DNA from: an uncultured Verrucomicrobiae bacterium | GTDB taxonomy: Bacteria; Verrucomicrobiota; Verrucomicrobiia; Chthoniobacterales; UBA10450 | Direction of reading: 5' to 3' | Assembly: GCA_963772365.1 (NCBI GenBank) | Contig: CAVYXA010000001.1 | Coordinates: 928,001-992,000 of the forward strand | DNA: 64,000 nucleotides | Shown: positions 1 to 9,921 of the stretch, in pieces | Layout of the letters: every line of letters starts with the position of its first letter | How positions within the stretch are numbered: the first letter of the stretch is position 1 | Notes under the pieces: model-generated | The model's database searches: none | What the model was told of the DNA's origin: nothing | The model's input: only the letters and a program-made list of their open reading frames with translations | Made by a program: the position numbers and the translations under genes

Positions 1-1027
1 CGGCGTGGTGACGATGGCAAACCAGAATCGCATCTGGAGTTCGCACTACGATCAAATCCTGGACTCCCAGGAGAGCGATCGTTACGCCGTCCTGATCGAA
101 CACGATATTGTTTGACGAATCGAGCGCTGTAATCGCGCAATTGGCGGCGTTCTCATGTTCATCCTTCTTGAAATAGTTTGCCACCGCGCGCCAGCTTCCG
201 ATGTCGTCCCAGTCGAACCCTGCTTCGACGACCAAAACACGCTCGGCTTTTTCCATGATCGCATAATCGAACGAAATTCGCGGCAGGTGAGCGAATTTCT
301 CGTGTAGCACCTTGTCGAACTTTCCCGCAGCGCGGAGTTGGGAAATGAAGTGCCCGAGTTCGGGAGCGTGCCGGTTGAACTCGCTGAGCACGGTCGGTAC
401 GGACCAGACGAACATCCCGGCGTTCCACCGAAAATTGCCTTTGCGCAAAAATGATTCGGCAAGATCGACATTCGGTTTTTCACGAAATCGCAGCACGCGA
501 TGAACTGCAGTTTCGTTCGGCTGACTTTTCAACTGGACCGCCTTACCTTGCTCGATGTAGCCGTAACCAGGGCAAGCCCAGGTCGGTTTGATACCAATCG
601 TGACTAGCTCCCCCGTTTCTTCTGCAGCATCTGCCGCGAGGGACAAAGTCTTCCGAAACGCGACACCGTCTTTGATGAGATGATCGGCAGGCAGAACCAG
701 CATGGTTGCGGCCCGATCGCGTGATGCGATCCAACCGGTGCCTAGTGCCACCGCCGCCGCCGTGTCGCGCTTATCCGGCTCGGCGATGATGTTTTCATGG
801 GGAAGCGAGGCCAGCAATTTCCGAACGGGCGCTTCCTGCTCCACGTTTGTGAGAACGAGAATTCGCTCCGGCGAGATGAGGTCTTCTAACCGCTCCACAG
901 TTTCTTCGAGCAGAGTTTTTTCTGAGACCAGTCGCAGCAGTTGCTTGGGACGAGATCGTCGACTCACCGGCCAAAACCGTTCACCGCTTCCACCGGCGAG
1001 AATCAGCGCATAAATCGGATTGGACAT
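1..1027 (-). CDS. manC: Mannose-1-phosphate guanylyltransferase (3' end runs off the window)
   Basis: Manual translation, not in the ORF track: MSNPIYALILAGGSGERFWPVSRRSRPKQLL...GIKPTWACPGYGYIE...FREKP...WNAGMF...ISFDYAIMEKA...WDDIGSW. Confidence 0.92.
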   Translation of the reverse strand, partial: MSNPIYALILAGGSGERFWPVSRRSRPKQLLRLVSEKTLLEETVERLEDLISPERILVLTNVEQEAPVRKLLASLPHENIIAEPDKRDTAAAVALGTGWIASRDRAATMLVLPADHLIKDGVAFRKTLSLAADAAEETGELVTIGIKPTWACPGYGYIEQGKAVQLKSQPNETAVHRVLRFREKPNVDLAESFLRKGNFRWNAGMFVWSVPTVLSEFNRHAPELGHFISQLRAAGKFDKVLHEKFAHLPRISFDYAIMEKAERVLVVEAGFDWDDIGSWRAVANYFKKDEHENAANCAITALDSSNNIVFDQDGVTIALLGVQDLIVVRTPDAILVCHRHHA

Positions 1028-1109
1028 CTAAAACAAGCATCGCGTGGATTCTTTCGCCGCATGGGATTTTCCCATTTCTTTTTCGAAAACGCGACGTATA
1101 AGGTAGGCG

Positions 1110-1412
1110 ATGTCCCTTCCGTTATCCATCGCAAAAAGCTCTGAGCAACTCCCGCTCGACAGCTTGTTAATCCTGACGCGAACGGCGTTTGGGCTCGGCA
1201 TGGGAATCTTGATGGCGGATCGAATCAAGCAGCCCGTCCGGCAAGCGGCGGGGATTGCGCTGGTTTCCATCGGCGCACTGGCGGCGGTTCCGCTGCTGGT
1301 AAGAGCTGCATTGGAACGAATCAATCGACCAGAAACAGATCGCGGCAGTCGTGCCCGGCTCCGATCCATTCGCGGCGATTCCGGCTACCGTTCGGAATTC
1401 GACGTTTATTAG
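1110..1412 (+). CDS. Small hypothetical membrane protein
   Basis: 100-aa ORF with two hydrophobic segments; fills the gap between manC and the carbamoyltransferase. Confidence 0.65.
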   Translation: MSLPLSIAKSSEQLPLDSLLILTRTAFGLGMGILMADRIKQPVRQAAGIALVSIGALAAVPLLVRAALERINRPETDRGSRARLRSIRGDSGYRSEFDVY

Positions 1413-1443
1413 AACGGTGGTTTTGCCCTGGGCATCTCGGCGC

Positions 1444-3195
1444 CTATCGGCCGCGAGTGAGAAGGTAATTTCCCAAAACCAGCACATCCATCTTAGTGCG
1501 GAGAAAACAGGCGAGCGCTTCCTCTGGATAACAGATCATCGGCTCGTTTGCGTTGAGTGATGTATTCAGAAGCATCGGAACTTCTGCTATGTCCTGGAAA
1601 TACTCGATTAGGCGGTGAAACCGAGGGCTGGTTTCCTTGTCCACAGTCTGCAAGCGGCCGCTGCCATCCAGGTGCGTGACGGCAGGGATTAGCGCGCGAT
1701 GTTTTGAACGAATGGAAAGAGCTTCCGTCATAAAAGGCACATCGGCTTCCTGGTCGAACCATTCCGAAACCGCCTCACGGAGGATCGACAATGCGAATGG
1801 TCGAAACGCTTCGTGGCGTTTGATTTTCGCGTTCACAATTTCTTTCATGTCCGACCGGCGCGGATCCGCCAGGATTGATCGATGACCCAGGGCCGACGGC
1901 CCCCACTCCGCCCGATCTTGGAACCAACCCACCACTTTACCATCGGCGATTTCATGGGCCGTATGTCGCAACAGCGCCTCCTCGTCTGCGAATATCGTGA
2001 CTAGACACCCTTCCGCGGCGATCTCATTGCGCTTCCAATCGATCACCGCGTAAATCTCTACTTGAGGCGATTGAGGACCAAAATACGCAGTGGTTAGCGG
2101 CCGCAAATCGGAGCTGAGTTGGGCATTCAATGTCGAGTGAACATAAACCGCGGCGCCCAGCGCGCCGCCGGCATCGCCCGCTGCTGGCGGCAAATATATT
2201 TTCTTAAACGGGGTCCGCCGGCAAATCTTGCCATTCGCAACTGAATTCAGTGCGCAACTGCCGGCTAGCGCAAGATTTTCGGAGGGATGTTGTTTGTGGA
2301 GTGCCTGTAGCAGTTCGAAAAGCGCTTTTTCATAAATCGTCTGAACCGAACGAGCAATGTCCTTATGTTTCTGTTCGATTGGCTCACCCTCTTTTCGCGG
2401 AGGCCCCAGGAGATCCACAAGCGTCTGCTGGTAAAGCGTTCCCATCCCTGGCGCGCAATTTTTCCAGCTGAACGAAATGTTACCTGTGTGATGTCGAAAG
2501 TATCTCAGATTGAGAAGAAAGGTCCCGTCTGGCTGGATTAACAAGACTTCGCGAAGCTGCTGCACAAAGCTCGGCTCGCCATGCGCAGCCAGGGCCATGA
2601 CCTTGTATTCGTCGCCATAATTCGGAAAGCCGACAAACTGGGTCAGGGCCGAATAAAAAACCCCTAACGAATGCGGAAAATAAATCCGATCGTCGATTTT
2701 GATTGTGTCGTCCTTGCCAAACCCCAGCGCGGTGCTGGTGAAATCGCCGAATCCATCTACCGAAAGACAGGCAGCTTCGGTAAATCCCGAAACTAAAAAA
2801 GCCGAAGCCAGGTGCGCGAGATGATGTTCGACATGATGCAGGTCGGCCTTGAGCGACAGGTTGTATTGTTTTTCGAGCGTCTCTTTGATCGAAGCGGCAC
2901 TTCGAATGTTTTTAATTTTCTCCCACATCAATTTCGGATGCGATTGATGAGTGAGAAGGAACTCGAACCGCCGCCAGTTGTGCGCACTCGGCTGGCGATT
3001 GATCGCAATATGATCGACATCGCCGAAATTCAGTCGCGCCTCCCGCAAACAATAATCGATGGCCTGGGTCGGCAGCCCCGCCCAATGTTTGATCCGCCGG
3101 AACCGTTCTTCCTCGGCAGCCACCACCAGTTTTCCATCGACAAGCAGACATGCCGCCGAATCCGCAAGATAAGCGTTTAGGCCCAGAATGATCAT
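1444..3195 (-). CDS. Carbamoyltransferase, NodU/CmcH/TobZ family (several motif substitutions)
   Basis: EEERFRRIKH, HHLAHLASAF, DGFGD, EYKVMALA, GDAGGALGA, HLDGSGRLQTV motifs. Confidence 0.9.
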   Translation of the reverse strand: MIILGLNAYLADSAACLLVDGKLVVAAEEERFRRIKHWAGLPTQAIDYCLREARLNFGDVDHIAINRQPSAHNWRRFEFLLTHQSHPKLMWEKIKNIRSAASIKETLEKQYNLSLKADLHHVEHHLAHLASAFLVSGFTEAACLSVDGFGDFTSTALGFGKDDTIKIDDRIYFPHSLGVFYSALTQFVGFPNYGDEYKVMALAAHGEPSFVQQLREVLLIQPDGTFLLNLRYFRHHTGNISFSWKNCAPGMGTLYQQTLVDLLGPPRKEGEPIEQKHKDIARSVQTIYEKALFELLQALHKQHPSENLALAGSCALNSVANGKICRRTPFKKIYLPPAAGDAGGALGAAVYVHSTLNAQLSSDLRPLTTAYFGPQSPQVEIYAVIDWKRNEIAAEGCLVTIFADEEALLRHTAHEIADGKVVGWFQDRAEWGPSALGHRSILADPRRSDMKEIVNAKIKRHEAFRPFALSILREAVSEWFDQEADVPFMTEALSIRSKHRALIPAVTHLDGSGRLQTVDKETSPRFHRLIEYFQDIAEVPMLLNTSLNANEPMICYPEEALACFLRTKMDVLVLGNYLLTRGR

Positions 3196-3390
3196 GGCAA
3201 GGGGAGAGGAAGAGTGGAGGGAACAGGAATCAGAGCAATTCCGATGCGTGGCATCAGATCAAATTGCAGGACAAGAATGCAGCCAGTAGCAACCGCTGGC
3301 CACCGAAGACATAATTATCTTCTCTGCGAAAAAAATTATTGCCAAGTCCGCCACTGGCATGATAGGTGCACCCAAAAAACGCAGAGCTCT

Positions 3391-3570
3391 ATGAAAGTTG
3401 TGGCAATCACTCTCCTTGTTTCCCTCGTTCTTTCATCTCAACTCTTGGCCGTCTTGCGCCCTCGTTTTCCCGAAAAGGCAGACCCGCCAAGTCGCGGCAA
3501 CGTCATCGTGATCGGTGACGATTCACATCGGCACCCGTCGAAACACGACCCGCGCACCGCCGATAAGTAA
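3391..3570 (+). CDS. Small secreted hypothetical peptide
   Basis: MKVVAITLLVSLVLSSQLLA is signal-peptide-like; 59 aa. Confidence 0.45.
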   Translation: MKVVAITLLVSLVLSSQLLAVLRPRFPEKADPPSRGNVIVIGDDSHRHPSKHDPRTADK

Positions 3571-3608
3571 AAGACCACCCATCCAGCGCGGGGGCGTTGG
3601 CGCTCTGA

Positions 3609-4004
3609 TCACCGTTTCGCCAATACGCTAAGCTCCCAGCGATAACCATCGCGGTCACGAAACCATAATCCCATATTCAGCGAATCCGGTGCTTCCGGCC
3701 CGATCTCGTCACCAGGGTCCTCAAGATCGACGCCTTCTTTTTTCAAATGAGCCAATGCTTTTCGCAGCATAGTCATGCTCGGCAAGTGAAATGACATGTG
3801 ATCAATCGTTTGCGGGGACGGCTTTCCTTTTGAGAGCGCAATCGTGACATTCTGATTGCCCACGGCAATTCCGCCATCGAACTCGAACTCTTTTTTCAGT
3901 CCCAGAGCGCGTTCAAACCACTTCGCACTCTGCTTCGGATTGCGCACAGCCAATCCAAAGTGACCCACTTCACCGACAGTAAATGGAACTTTTTTGGCTG
4001 CCAT
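3609..4004 (-). CDS. VOC/glyoxalase family protein
   Basis: VGHFGLAV, IDHMSF, WFRDRDGYRWEL; start placed at MAAKKVPF. Confidence 0.85.
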   Translation of the reverse strand: MAAKKVPFTVGEVGHFGLAVRNPKQSAKWFERALGLKKEFEFDGGIAVGNQNVTIALSKGKPSPQTIDHMSFHLPSMTMLRKALAHLKKEGVDLEDPGDEIGPEAPDSLNMGLWFRDRDGYRWELSVLAKR

Positions 4005-4153
4005 TCCGTAGAGAAATCGCGCGCCGGAAGGTATCTGAGGGGTCACTTTGTTCTGCCAGAGTTCCGATGGTGGCTGGAGACAATGACTCCGGCTGACGCG
4101 GGCTACGATTGACGATTCACGAGTCACGCATTCTCGATTAAGATAATCGGCCA

Positions 4154-5989
4154 ATGTCCGAATCGGGTTCAATAGAGACGATGCCGATCGCCCCGAACCG
4201 TGTCGATCTTCTGATTATGCTCGGGCTCGTTGTCAGTACCATGGCGATTTACGGGCAAGTGGTCACTCATCACTTCATCAATCTTGATGATCCCAGCTAC
4301 ATCGTTAACAACCCGGCGGTGAATCATGGCGTAACGCTGCCCGGAATGTTGTGGGCCTTGATCGCTTTTCACGCCGCTAACTGGCATCCGCTTACCTGGA
4401 TCTCCCACATGATCGACGCTCAGTTGTTCGGATTGAACGCGGGCGGCCATTTGTTCGTTAACGCACTAATCCATTCCGCCAACGCCGCGCTCGTTTTTTG
4501 GTTCTTGCGACGCGCGACGACTAAAATCTGGCCGAGCGCAATCGTGGCCGCTCTTTTCGCACTGCACCCGCTGCATGTGGAATCGGTTGCCTGGGCCGCG
4601 GAACGTAAGGACACGCTGTCAACATTGTTCGGACTGCTCTCGCTGATCGCGTATGTCCGTTACGCAGAGTCGCCTTCAACAAGGCGTTACCTGCTCGTTG
4701 CCCTCGCACTCATACTCGGACTTATGGCCAAATCGATGCTGGTGACCTGGCCATTCGTCATGCTGTTGCTGGACTACTGGCCGCTGGGTAGATGGCACAG
4801 TGGAACTGGGAAGGCGCAAACTGCCAGAAGACTGCTCGTCGAGAAAATTCCGCTGTTTGTTATCGTCGGCCTCTCGTCTCTGATCACTTATGTTGCGCAA
4901 TCTCACGGTGGGGCGACACGAGCGTTTGTCGCCACCGCGATCGATGTGCGTCTGTGCAATGCACTCATCGCCTACACGAAATATGTGTGGCTCACATTGT
5001 GGCCGCACAACCTGGTCCTCTATTACCCATATCGAAACGTCGTGATCTGGGATGCGCTTATCGCCGCCTTCCCGCTGATTGTTATTACCGGGTTCTGCTT
5101 CTCGGAACGAGAACAGCGCCCATATCTGATTGTCGGCTGGCTTTGGTTTGTCGGCACTCTCGTGCCTGTGATTGGGCTCATTCAGGTCGGCGGACAAGCG
5201 ATGGCAGATCGCTATCACTACGTTCCGTCAATTGGACTATTCACCGCGCTGGTCTTCGGCGTCGCCGATTTTGTACCTCGCGGCCGAACTTCTTGTGCAG
5301 TTGTGTCGGGCGTAACTGCTGTCGTGCTGGTGGTCTTTTCCATTCTGACCTTCCGGCAAATTCAACTGTGGCGCGACACGTTCACACTTTTCGAGCACAC
5401 ACTGCGGATCGCACCGCGGGGGAATTTGCCTATCGAATACAATCTTGGGCTCGCCTATGCCGACATCGGCAAAGATGATGAGGCGATGGTGCACTTCGAA
5501 AATACGCTCAAAATCAATCCACATTTTCCGCTCGCGCTCGTCAGCATGGGTACGATTCGTCACCAGCAAGGCCGCATTTCTGAAGCGAGGGCGCTTTTCG
5601 AACGCGCCGCTCAAGCGGAACCGAACCTGCCGCAGGCCCACATCGGGCTCGGTCTTTGTTTTGCCGCGCAAAACGAAACTGAATCGGCGATAGCGGAATT
5701 GCGCGAAGCCGCGCGTCTCGATCCCACCGGCGCAGCCCGAGCCAATTTGGGTTTGATCCTGGCGCAATCAGGCAAAATTACCGAAGGCATCGATACATTG
5801 CACGAGGCGCTGCGGTTAGATCCAAACAACGCGGAAGCGCACAACAATTTGGGCGCTGTCCTCTTCGCCATCGGCAAAACGCGCGAAAGCATCCCAGAAT
5901 TTCAGGCGGCACTCCGGTTGAATCCATCCCTCAACTCCGCCAGCAAAAATCTCGACCGGGCCTGGCTCAAACTGGCTTCCGAGCCGTAA
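4154..5989 (+). CDS. TMTC-like membrane glycosyltransferase with C-terminal TPRs
   Basis: LDDPSYI, NWHPLTW, ALHPLHVESVAWAAERKD, ADRYHY; TPR repeats (AEAHNNLG). Confidence 0.88.
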   Translation: MSESGSIETMPIAPNRVDLLIMLGLVVSTMAIYGQVVTHHFINLDDPSYIVNNPAVNHGVTLPGMLWALIAFHAANWHPLTWISHMIDAQLFGLNAGGHLFVNALIHSANAALVFWFLRRATTKIWPSAIVAALFALHPLHVESVAWAAERKDTLSTLFGLLSLIAYVRYAESPSTRRYLLVALALILGLMAKSMLVTWPFVMLLLDYWPLGRWHSGTGKAQTARRLLVEKIPLFVIVGLSSLITYVAQSHGGATRAFVATAIDVRLCNALIAYTKYVWLTLWPHNLVLYYPYRNVVIWDALIAAFPLIVITGFCFSEREQRPYLIVGWLWFVGTLVPVIGLIQVGGQAMADRYHYVPSIGLFTALVFGVADFVPRGRTSCAVVSGVTAVVLVVFSILTFRQIQLWRDTFTLFEHTLRIAPRGNLPIEYNLGLAYADIGKDDEAMVHFENTLKINPHFPLALVSMGTIRHQQGRISEARALFERAAQAEPNLPQAHIGLGLCFAAQNETESAIAELREAARLDPTGAARANLGLILAQSGKITEGIDTLHEALRLDPNNAEAHNNLGAVLFAIGKTRESIPEFQAALRLNPSLNSASKNLDRAWLKLASEP

Positions 5990-6010
5990 TATTTCTTTCG
6001 CGCGAAGAAC

Positions 6011-7453
6011 TCAGGACAATGTGCTTTCGATCATCCTTCGAATGATCTCCCACGCCTTGGCCACATGTTCTTCAGTCGTAAGGATGTTTCCAAGGCCTAT
6101 TCGCATAACGGTACTACCGCGAAGTTTGGTTTGAGTCAGATAAGCGCGTCCTGACGCGTTGACCTTTTCCACGATGTCGCCATTGATCTTGTCGAGCTTG
6201 TTCGGACCGGCTCCGATGAATCGGAAACAGACCACGCCCATGTTTACCGGGGCTGCGAGTTCGAATCGACTGTCGATCCTCACCCAATCCGCGAACAACG
6301 CCGCCAGGCGCGCCGCTTCGCGCAATCGCGCCGCGATTCCTTCGCGCCCGAAGCTGCGAAAAATAACCCAGGCTTTGAGCGCGCGAAATCGTCGGCCTAA
6401 CTGAATGCCATAATCCATGTAGTTCTTCTGCGCTTCGACTGTGTCGCCACGCAAATACTCTGGCACGAGTGTAAAGACGCGCCGCAGGCGTTCCAAATCA
6501 CGCACGTAGAGGACGCTGAAATCGAGCGGGACAAAGAGGGATTTATGGGGATTAACGACAATGGAGTCTGCTTCGTTCCAACTCGCGGTGATCCATTTGT
6601 ATTCCTGCGTGATGGCGAATCCCGCGCCGTATGCGCCATCGATGTGGAGCCAGACTCTTTCATCGCGGCAAATCTGCGCAATTTCCGAGACAGGATCGAC
6701 ACTTGCGGTGGATGTTGTGCCGACGGTAGCGATCACCGCTAGCGGACGAAATTTGGATTGTCGATCCTGGGCAATCATTTCGCCTAACGCTGCCGGATCC
6801 ATTCTAAATTCTGCATCGACCGGCACGCGCCGGACGTTTTCTTCACCCAATCCAAGCGCAATTGCCGCTTTCTCGGCCGAGCTGTGCGCCTGCTCGGATG
6901 CATAAATCCGCAGCACCGGCGCGCCTGTTGCCACAAGCCCTCGTTTGCGGGTGGAAGGCGCCGCTTCCTCGCGCGCAACCGCGAGCGCGTGCATTACGCC
7001 GACTGATGCCGTGTCAAACACGACACCGCCAAACTCGTTTGGCAATTGCATCCATTGCCGGATCCAATCGACTACGACCGTCTCCAGCTCCGTGGCTGCT
7101 GGGCATGTTCGCCAAGTCATCGCGTTCACGTTCAAGGGCGCGCTGATGATCTCGCCGAGAATTCCCGGCCCGGTTGTCGTCCAGCCGAAATAACCCAGAA
7201 ACATCGGATGCGCCCAATGCGTCATACCGGGCACGATCAGATGATCGACATCGGCCAAGATTCTCTCGAAGGCTTCACCTTTTTCAGGCGGCTCCATGGA
7301 TAACTCTGCCTGAATCGCGCCAGGCTTATCGTTCGGAGAGACGCGGAGCCGTTCGATCTTCTCGCGATGATCGGCGATCCAATCCGCGAGCCCGTGTAAC
7401 TGCCGCCGAAATTCGCCCGGAGGAGTGTCACCCAAGTCTGTCTGATCGTTCAT
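6011..7453 (-). CDS. PLP-dependent group II (aromatic-L-amino-acid type) decarboxylase
   Basis: THWAHPMFLGYF, AHSSAEKAA, HIDGAYGA, NPHK (PLP lysine), QLGRRFRALK. Confidence 0.92.
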   Translation of the reverse strand: MNDQTDLGDTPPGEFRRQLHGLADWIADHREKIERLRVSPNDKPGAIQAELSMEPPEKGEAFERILADVDHLIVPGMTHWAHPMFLGYFGWTTTGPGILGEIISAPLNVNAMTWRTCPAATELETVVVDWIRQWMQLPNEFGGVVFDTASVGVMHALAVAREEAAPSTRKRGLVATGAPVLRIYASEQAHSSAEKAAIALGLGEENVRRVPVDAEFRMDPAALGEMIAQDRQSKFRPLAVIATVGTTSTASVDPVSEIAQICRDERVWLHIDGAYGAGFAITQEYKWITASWNEADSIVVNPHKSLFVPLDFSVLYVRDLERLRRVFTLVPEYLRGDTVEAQKNYMDYGIQLGRRFRALKAWVIFRSFGREGIAARLREAARLAALFADWVRIDSRFELAAPVNMGVVCFRFIGAGPNKLDKINGDIVEKVNASGRAYLTQTKLRGSTVMRIGLGNILTTEEHVAKAWEIIRRMIESTLS

Positions 7454-7468
7454 CGTTCACGACCCTAC

Positions 7469-7640
7469 TGTCATGTTGAGCGAAGCGAAACATCTCTGAC
7501 CATTGTTCCCGGCGCTGCAAAAAGAAAAGAAATGAAATTGAACTCGTTCGTCTCCCGACTTACTCGCCGCTACCCTTGCGGCCCTACGGTCCATGTCGCT
7601 CATCCCATTCGCTCCATTCTTCGCTTCGATCAGAATGACA
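7469..7640. repeat. Intergenic palindromic REP-like doublet (TGTCAT...ATGACA family)
   Basis: 7469-7495 TGTCATGTTGAGCGAAGCGAAACATCT is the exact reverse complement of 45951-45977; right arm ends CTTCGCTTCGATCAGAATGACA. Confidence 0.85.
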
Positions 7641-7658
7641 TTTCTTAAAAGGATGGCA

Positions 7659-9920
7659 TCAAAACGCGAACCCGAAGCTGAAATGGAACGCACCAAAATC
7701 TTCGCCACGGTGGCGATCGGGATTGACCCCGTAATCGAGACGAATCGGGCCAATGGGCAACTTGTAGCGCAAACCCACGCCGATGGCGTAACGCATGTTG
7801 TCGAGGCTGGGATGTTCCGAGCTGGGCAAAAGATTACCGGCATCCCCAAAGATTGCCCCTTCCAATTCGCCCAGAATCGGAAACGTGTATTCCACATTGA
7901 AGACTGTAAGAAATTCGCCGCCGATTGGATTTCCCTTGGGATCGTGAGGACCAAGGTCGCGCTCGGTGAAACTGCGCACGGTGTTTGCGCCGCCGTTAAA
8001 GAACCGCTCGTCGATCGGGATCTCGGTGATTTCACCGCGGCCACTCTCAGTGAGCGAATGAATCGCTCCGACCCGAGCACCAAAGGCAATGGAGGACCCG
8101 TGGAACCAGCGCTGGAAAGGAGTATCGGCCGGCGTGGCTACGCCGATCAACGCAGCCTCGGGCGGTTTCGGACCGAGCGGAAGATAATAACCAACTCGCA
8201 TGGTACCGCGGACAAATTCCACCTCACTTCCAAATGCATTGGTGGCTAGATCGAATGTGTTGTTGATGAGAAAGCCGCGCGGCGTGACGAGCGGATTCTC
8301 GCGCAGATCGAGCGTGTTAGTTAGGCCAAGTGTGTTTACGAAATACGAAGTGTCGCCCAGGAACATCTTGTTGATGGTCGAACTGGTAATATCGACATGG
8401 CGAACCGAAAAAATCACGCCCGCTTCATCCTCTTTGATGATCTTTCGTGTGAGCTGAAGCTGGCCACCGATCTCAAATTTTGAATAGCCATCAAAATCAA
8501 AGGTGAGGGCCGCGAGCCGGGATTGAAACGCAAAGCCGCTGTCGAAAAAAAAGGGATCATCGTAAATGATCTCGCCTTTGTAACCGCGCTGAGAAAGTTC
8601 GACAGATGTGGTCAGCGGCCGGCCATAACCAAACAGATTCCGGTCACGATATTGAACCCCCACAATCGCTCCAGGATAAGTGCCGTATCCGACAGAAAGA
8701 CCCAGCTCCTTGGCTTTGGCTTCCTCCACTGAGATATCCAGGCGCAACAAATTTCCATCCACCGGCACCGGATTGACCTGGAGCACGTTAAATAATCCGG
8801 TTTTCATCAGGAGCCGGAACTTCTCATCAAGAACATCCGGGCTGTAGGTCTTGCCACTGAGACTGGTGAACCGTTCTCTCACAAATCCCGGCCGAAGACG
8901 CTCCAGACCGCTGACTCTTACGTCGCCGTCAAAATGATAGACCGGTCCCGCAGCGACTGTAATTTCAACCGGCACGCTTCCATTTTCTGCTTGTTCGGGA
9001 AAACCAGTGGCGGCCACTTTCACATCGTAATAGCCGCGCGTTTTGAAATAGGTCTGAAGCCGGCGCCGGATATCTTCCAATCGAGCATTAGTGTACGGTT
9101 TCTTCAGAAGATCGAAGACTTGACCGCGCAACGTCTCGGCGTCGTATGCGGTCTGGCCGGTGAATTGGGCGTTCCCGAAAAAATATTGCTGTCCCTCGTG
9201 GATCGGGATCGTGACGTTAACGGTGTCACCTTGATAATCGTACTGGGGAGGATCGACAACCGCATCCAGGAAACCTTGCGCGACATAGAACCGGTACATG
9301 AGATCCTCGCCTTCCCGAATGTCGGACGCGACGAACGGCAATGTTTCCTGGAGCCGCGAGTAGCGCTCTCGAGTTGGTCCGACGATATAATCAAACAGTT
9401 GTTCGGTCGGAATGTGCGTATTTCCCTCGAAACGAATCGTGCCGAGCGTCATTATCGGCCCCTCGTGAATGTCCAGAAGGAGCCGATTGCCCGATTCAAT
9501 GGTGTAATGCACGTCCACTTTGGAATAGCCGTGCTTCCGATAAAAGAGCTCAACAAAGAACGCGAGATCGTCCGCCTGCGCAGCGCTCAGGCCGCGCTGC
9601 TCGATTGCGGTAATCTGCTCCTTAACCTGTGATCGCAATTCCTTTTCGGAAAATGCCTGTTGCCCGCGAAATTGCATACTCGCCGCACGCTGAGCGATTT
9701 TTTCTTGTTTCTCTTTTACCGCGTGCTCCGCTTTTTTCTCTTCTTCCGGTTTGGGGACATCGCCAGCCGACTGGGCGATTAGATTTGCTGCGCTAATAAA
9801 CGATGCAAGAGCCGTCATTCCGAACAAAGCGCAGCGAAAGCGAGAAATCTCGCGCAATAATAACCAGGCATTATCACGGGATGGCTCGGCTTCGCTCGAC
9901 ATGATGGCTTTCCGGTTCAT
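7659..9920 (-). CDS. Omp85 family (BamA/TamA-like) outer-membrane protein
   Basis: POTRA-like repeats, ERFFNGGANTVRSF, GPIRLDYG, C-terminal FSFGFAF. Confidence 0.92.
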   Translation of the reverse strand: MNRKAIMSSEAEPSRDNAWLLLREISRFRCALFGMTALASFISAANLIAQSAGDVPKPEEEKKAEHAVKEKQEKIAQRAASMQFRGQQAFSEKELRSQVKEQITAIEQRGLSAAQADDLAFFVELFYRKHGYSKVDVHYTIESGNRLLLDIHEGPIMTLGTIRFEGNTHIPTEQLFDYIVGPTRERYSRLQETLPFVASDIREGEDLMYRFYVAQGFLDAVVDPPQYDYQGDTVNVTIPIHEGQQYFFGNAQFTGQTAYDAETLRGQVFDLLKKPYTNARLEDIRRRLQTYFKTRGYYDVKVAATGFPEQAENGSVPVEITVAAGPVYHFDGDVRVSGLERLRPGFVRERFTSLSGKTYSPDVLDEKFRLLMKTGLFNVLQVNPVPVDGNLLRLDISVEEAKAKELGLSVGYGTYPGAIVGVQYRDRNLFGYGRPLTTSVELSQRGYKGEIIYDDPFFFDSGFAFQSRLAALTFDFDGYSKFEIGGQLQLTRKIIKEDEAGVIFSVRHVDITSSTINKMFLGDTSYFVNTLGLTNTLDLRENPLVTPRGFLINNTFDLATNAFGSEVEFVRGTMRVGYYLPLGPKPPEAALIGVATPADTPFQRWFHGSSIAFGARVGAIHSLTESGRGEITEIPIDERFFNGGANTVRSFTERDLGPHDPKGNPIGGEFLTVFNVEYTFPILGELEGAIFGDAGNLLPSSEHPSLDNMRYAIGVGLRYKLPIGPIRLDYGVNPDRHRGEDFGAFHFSFGFAF

Positions 9921-9921
9921 C

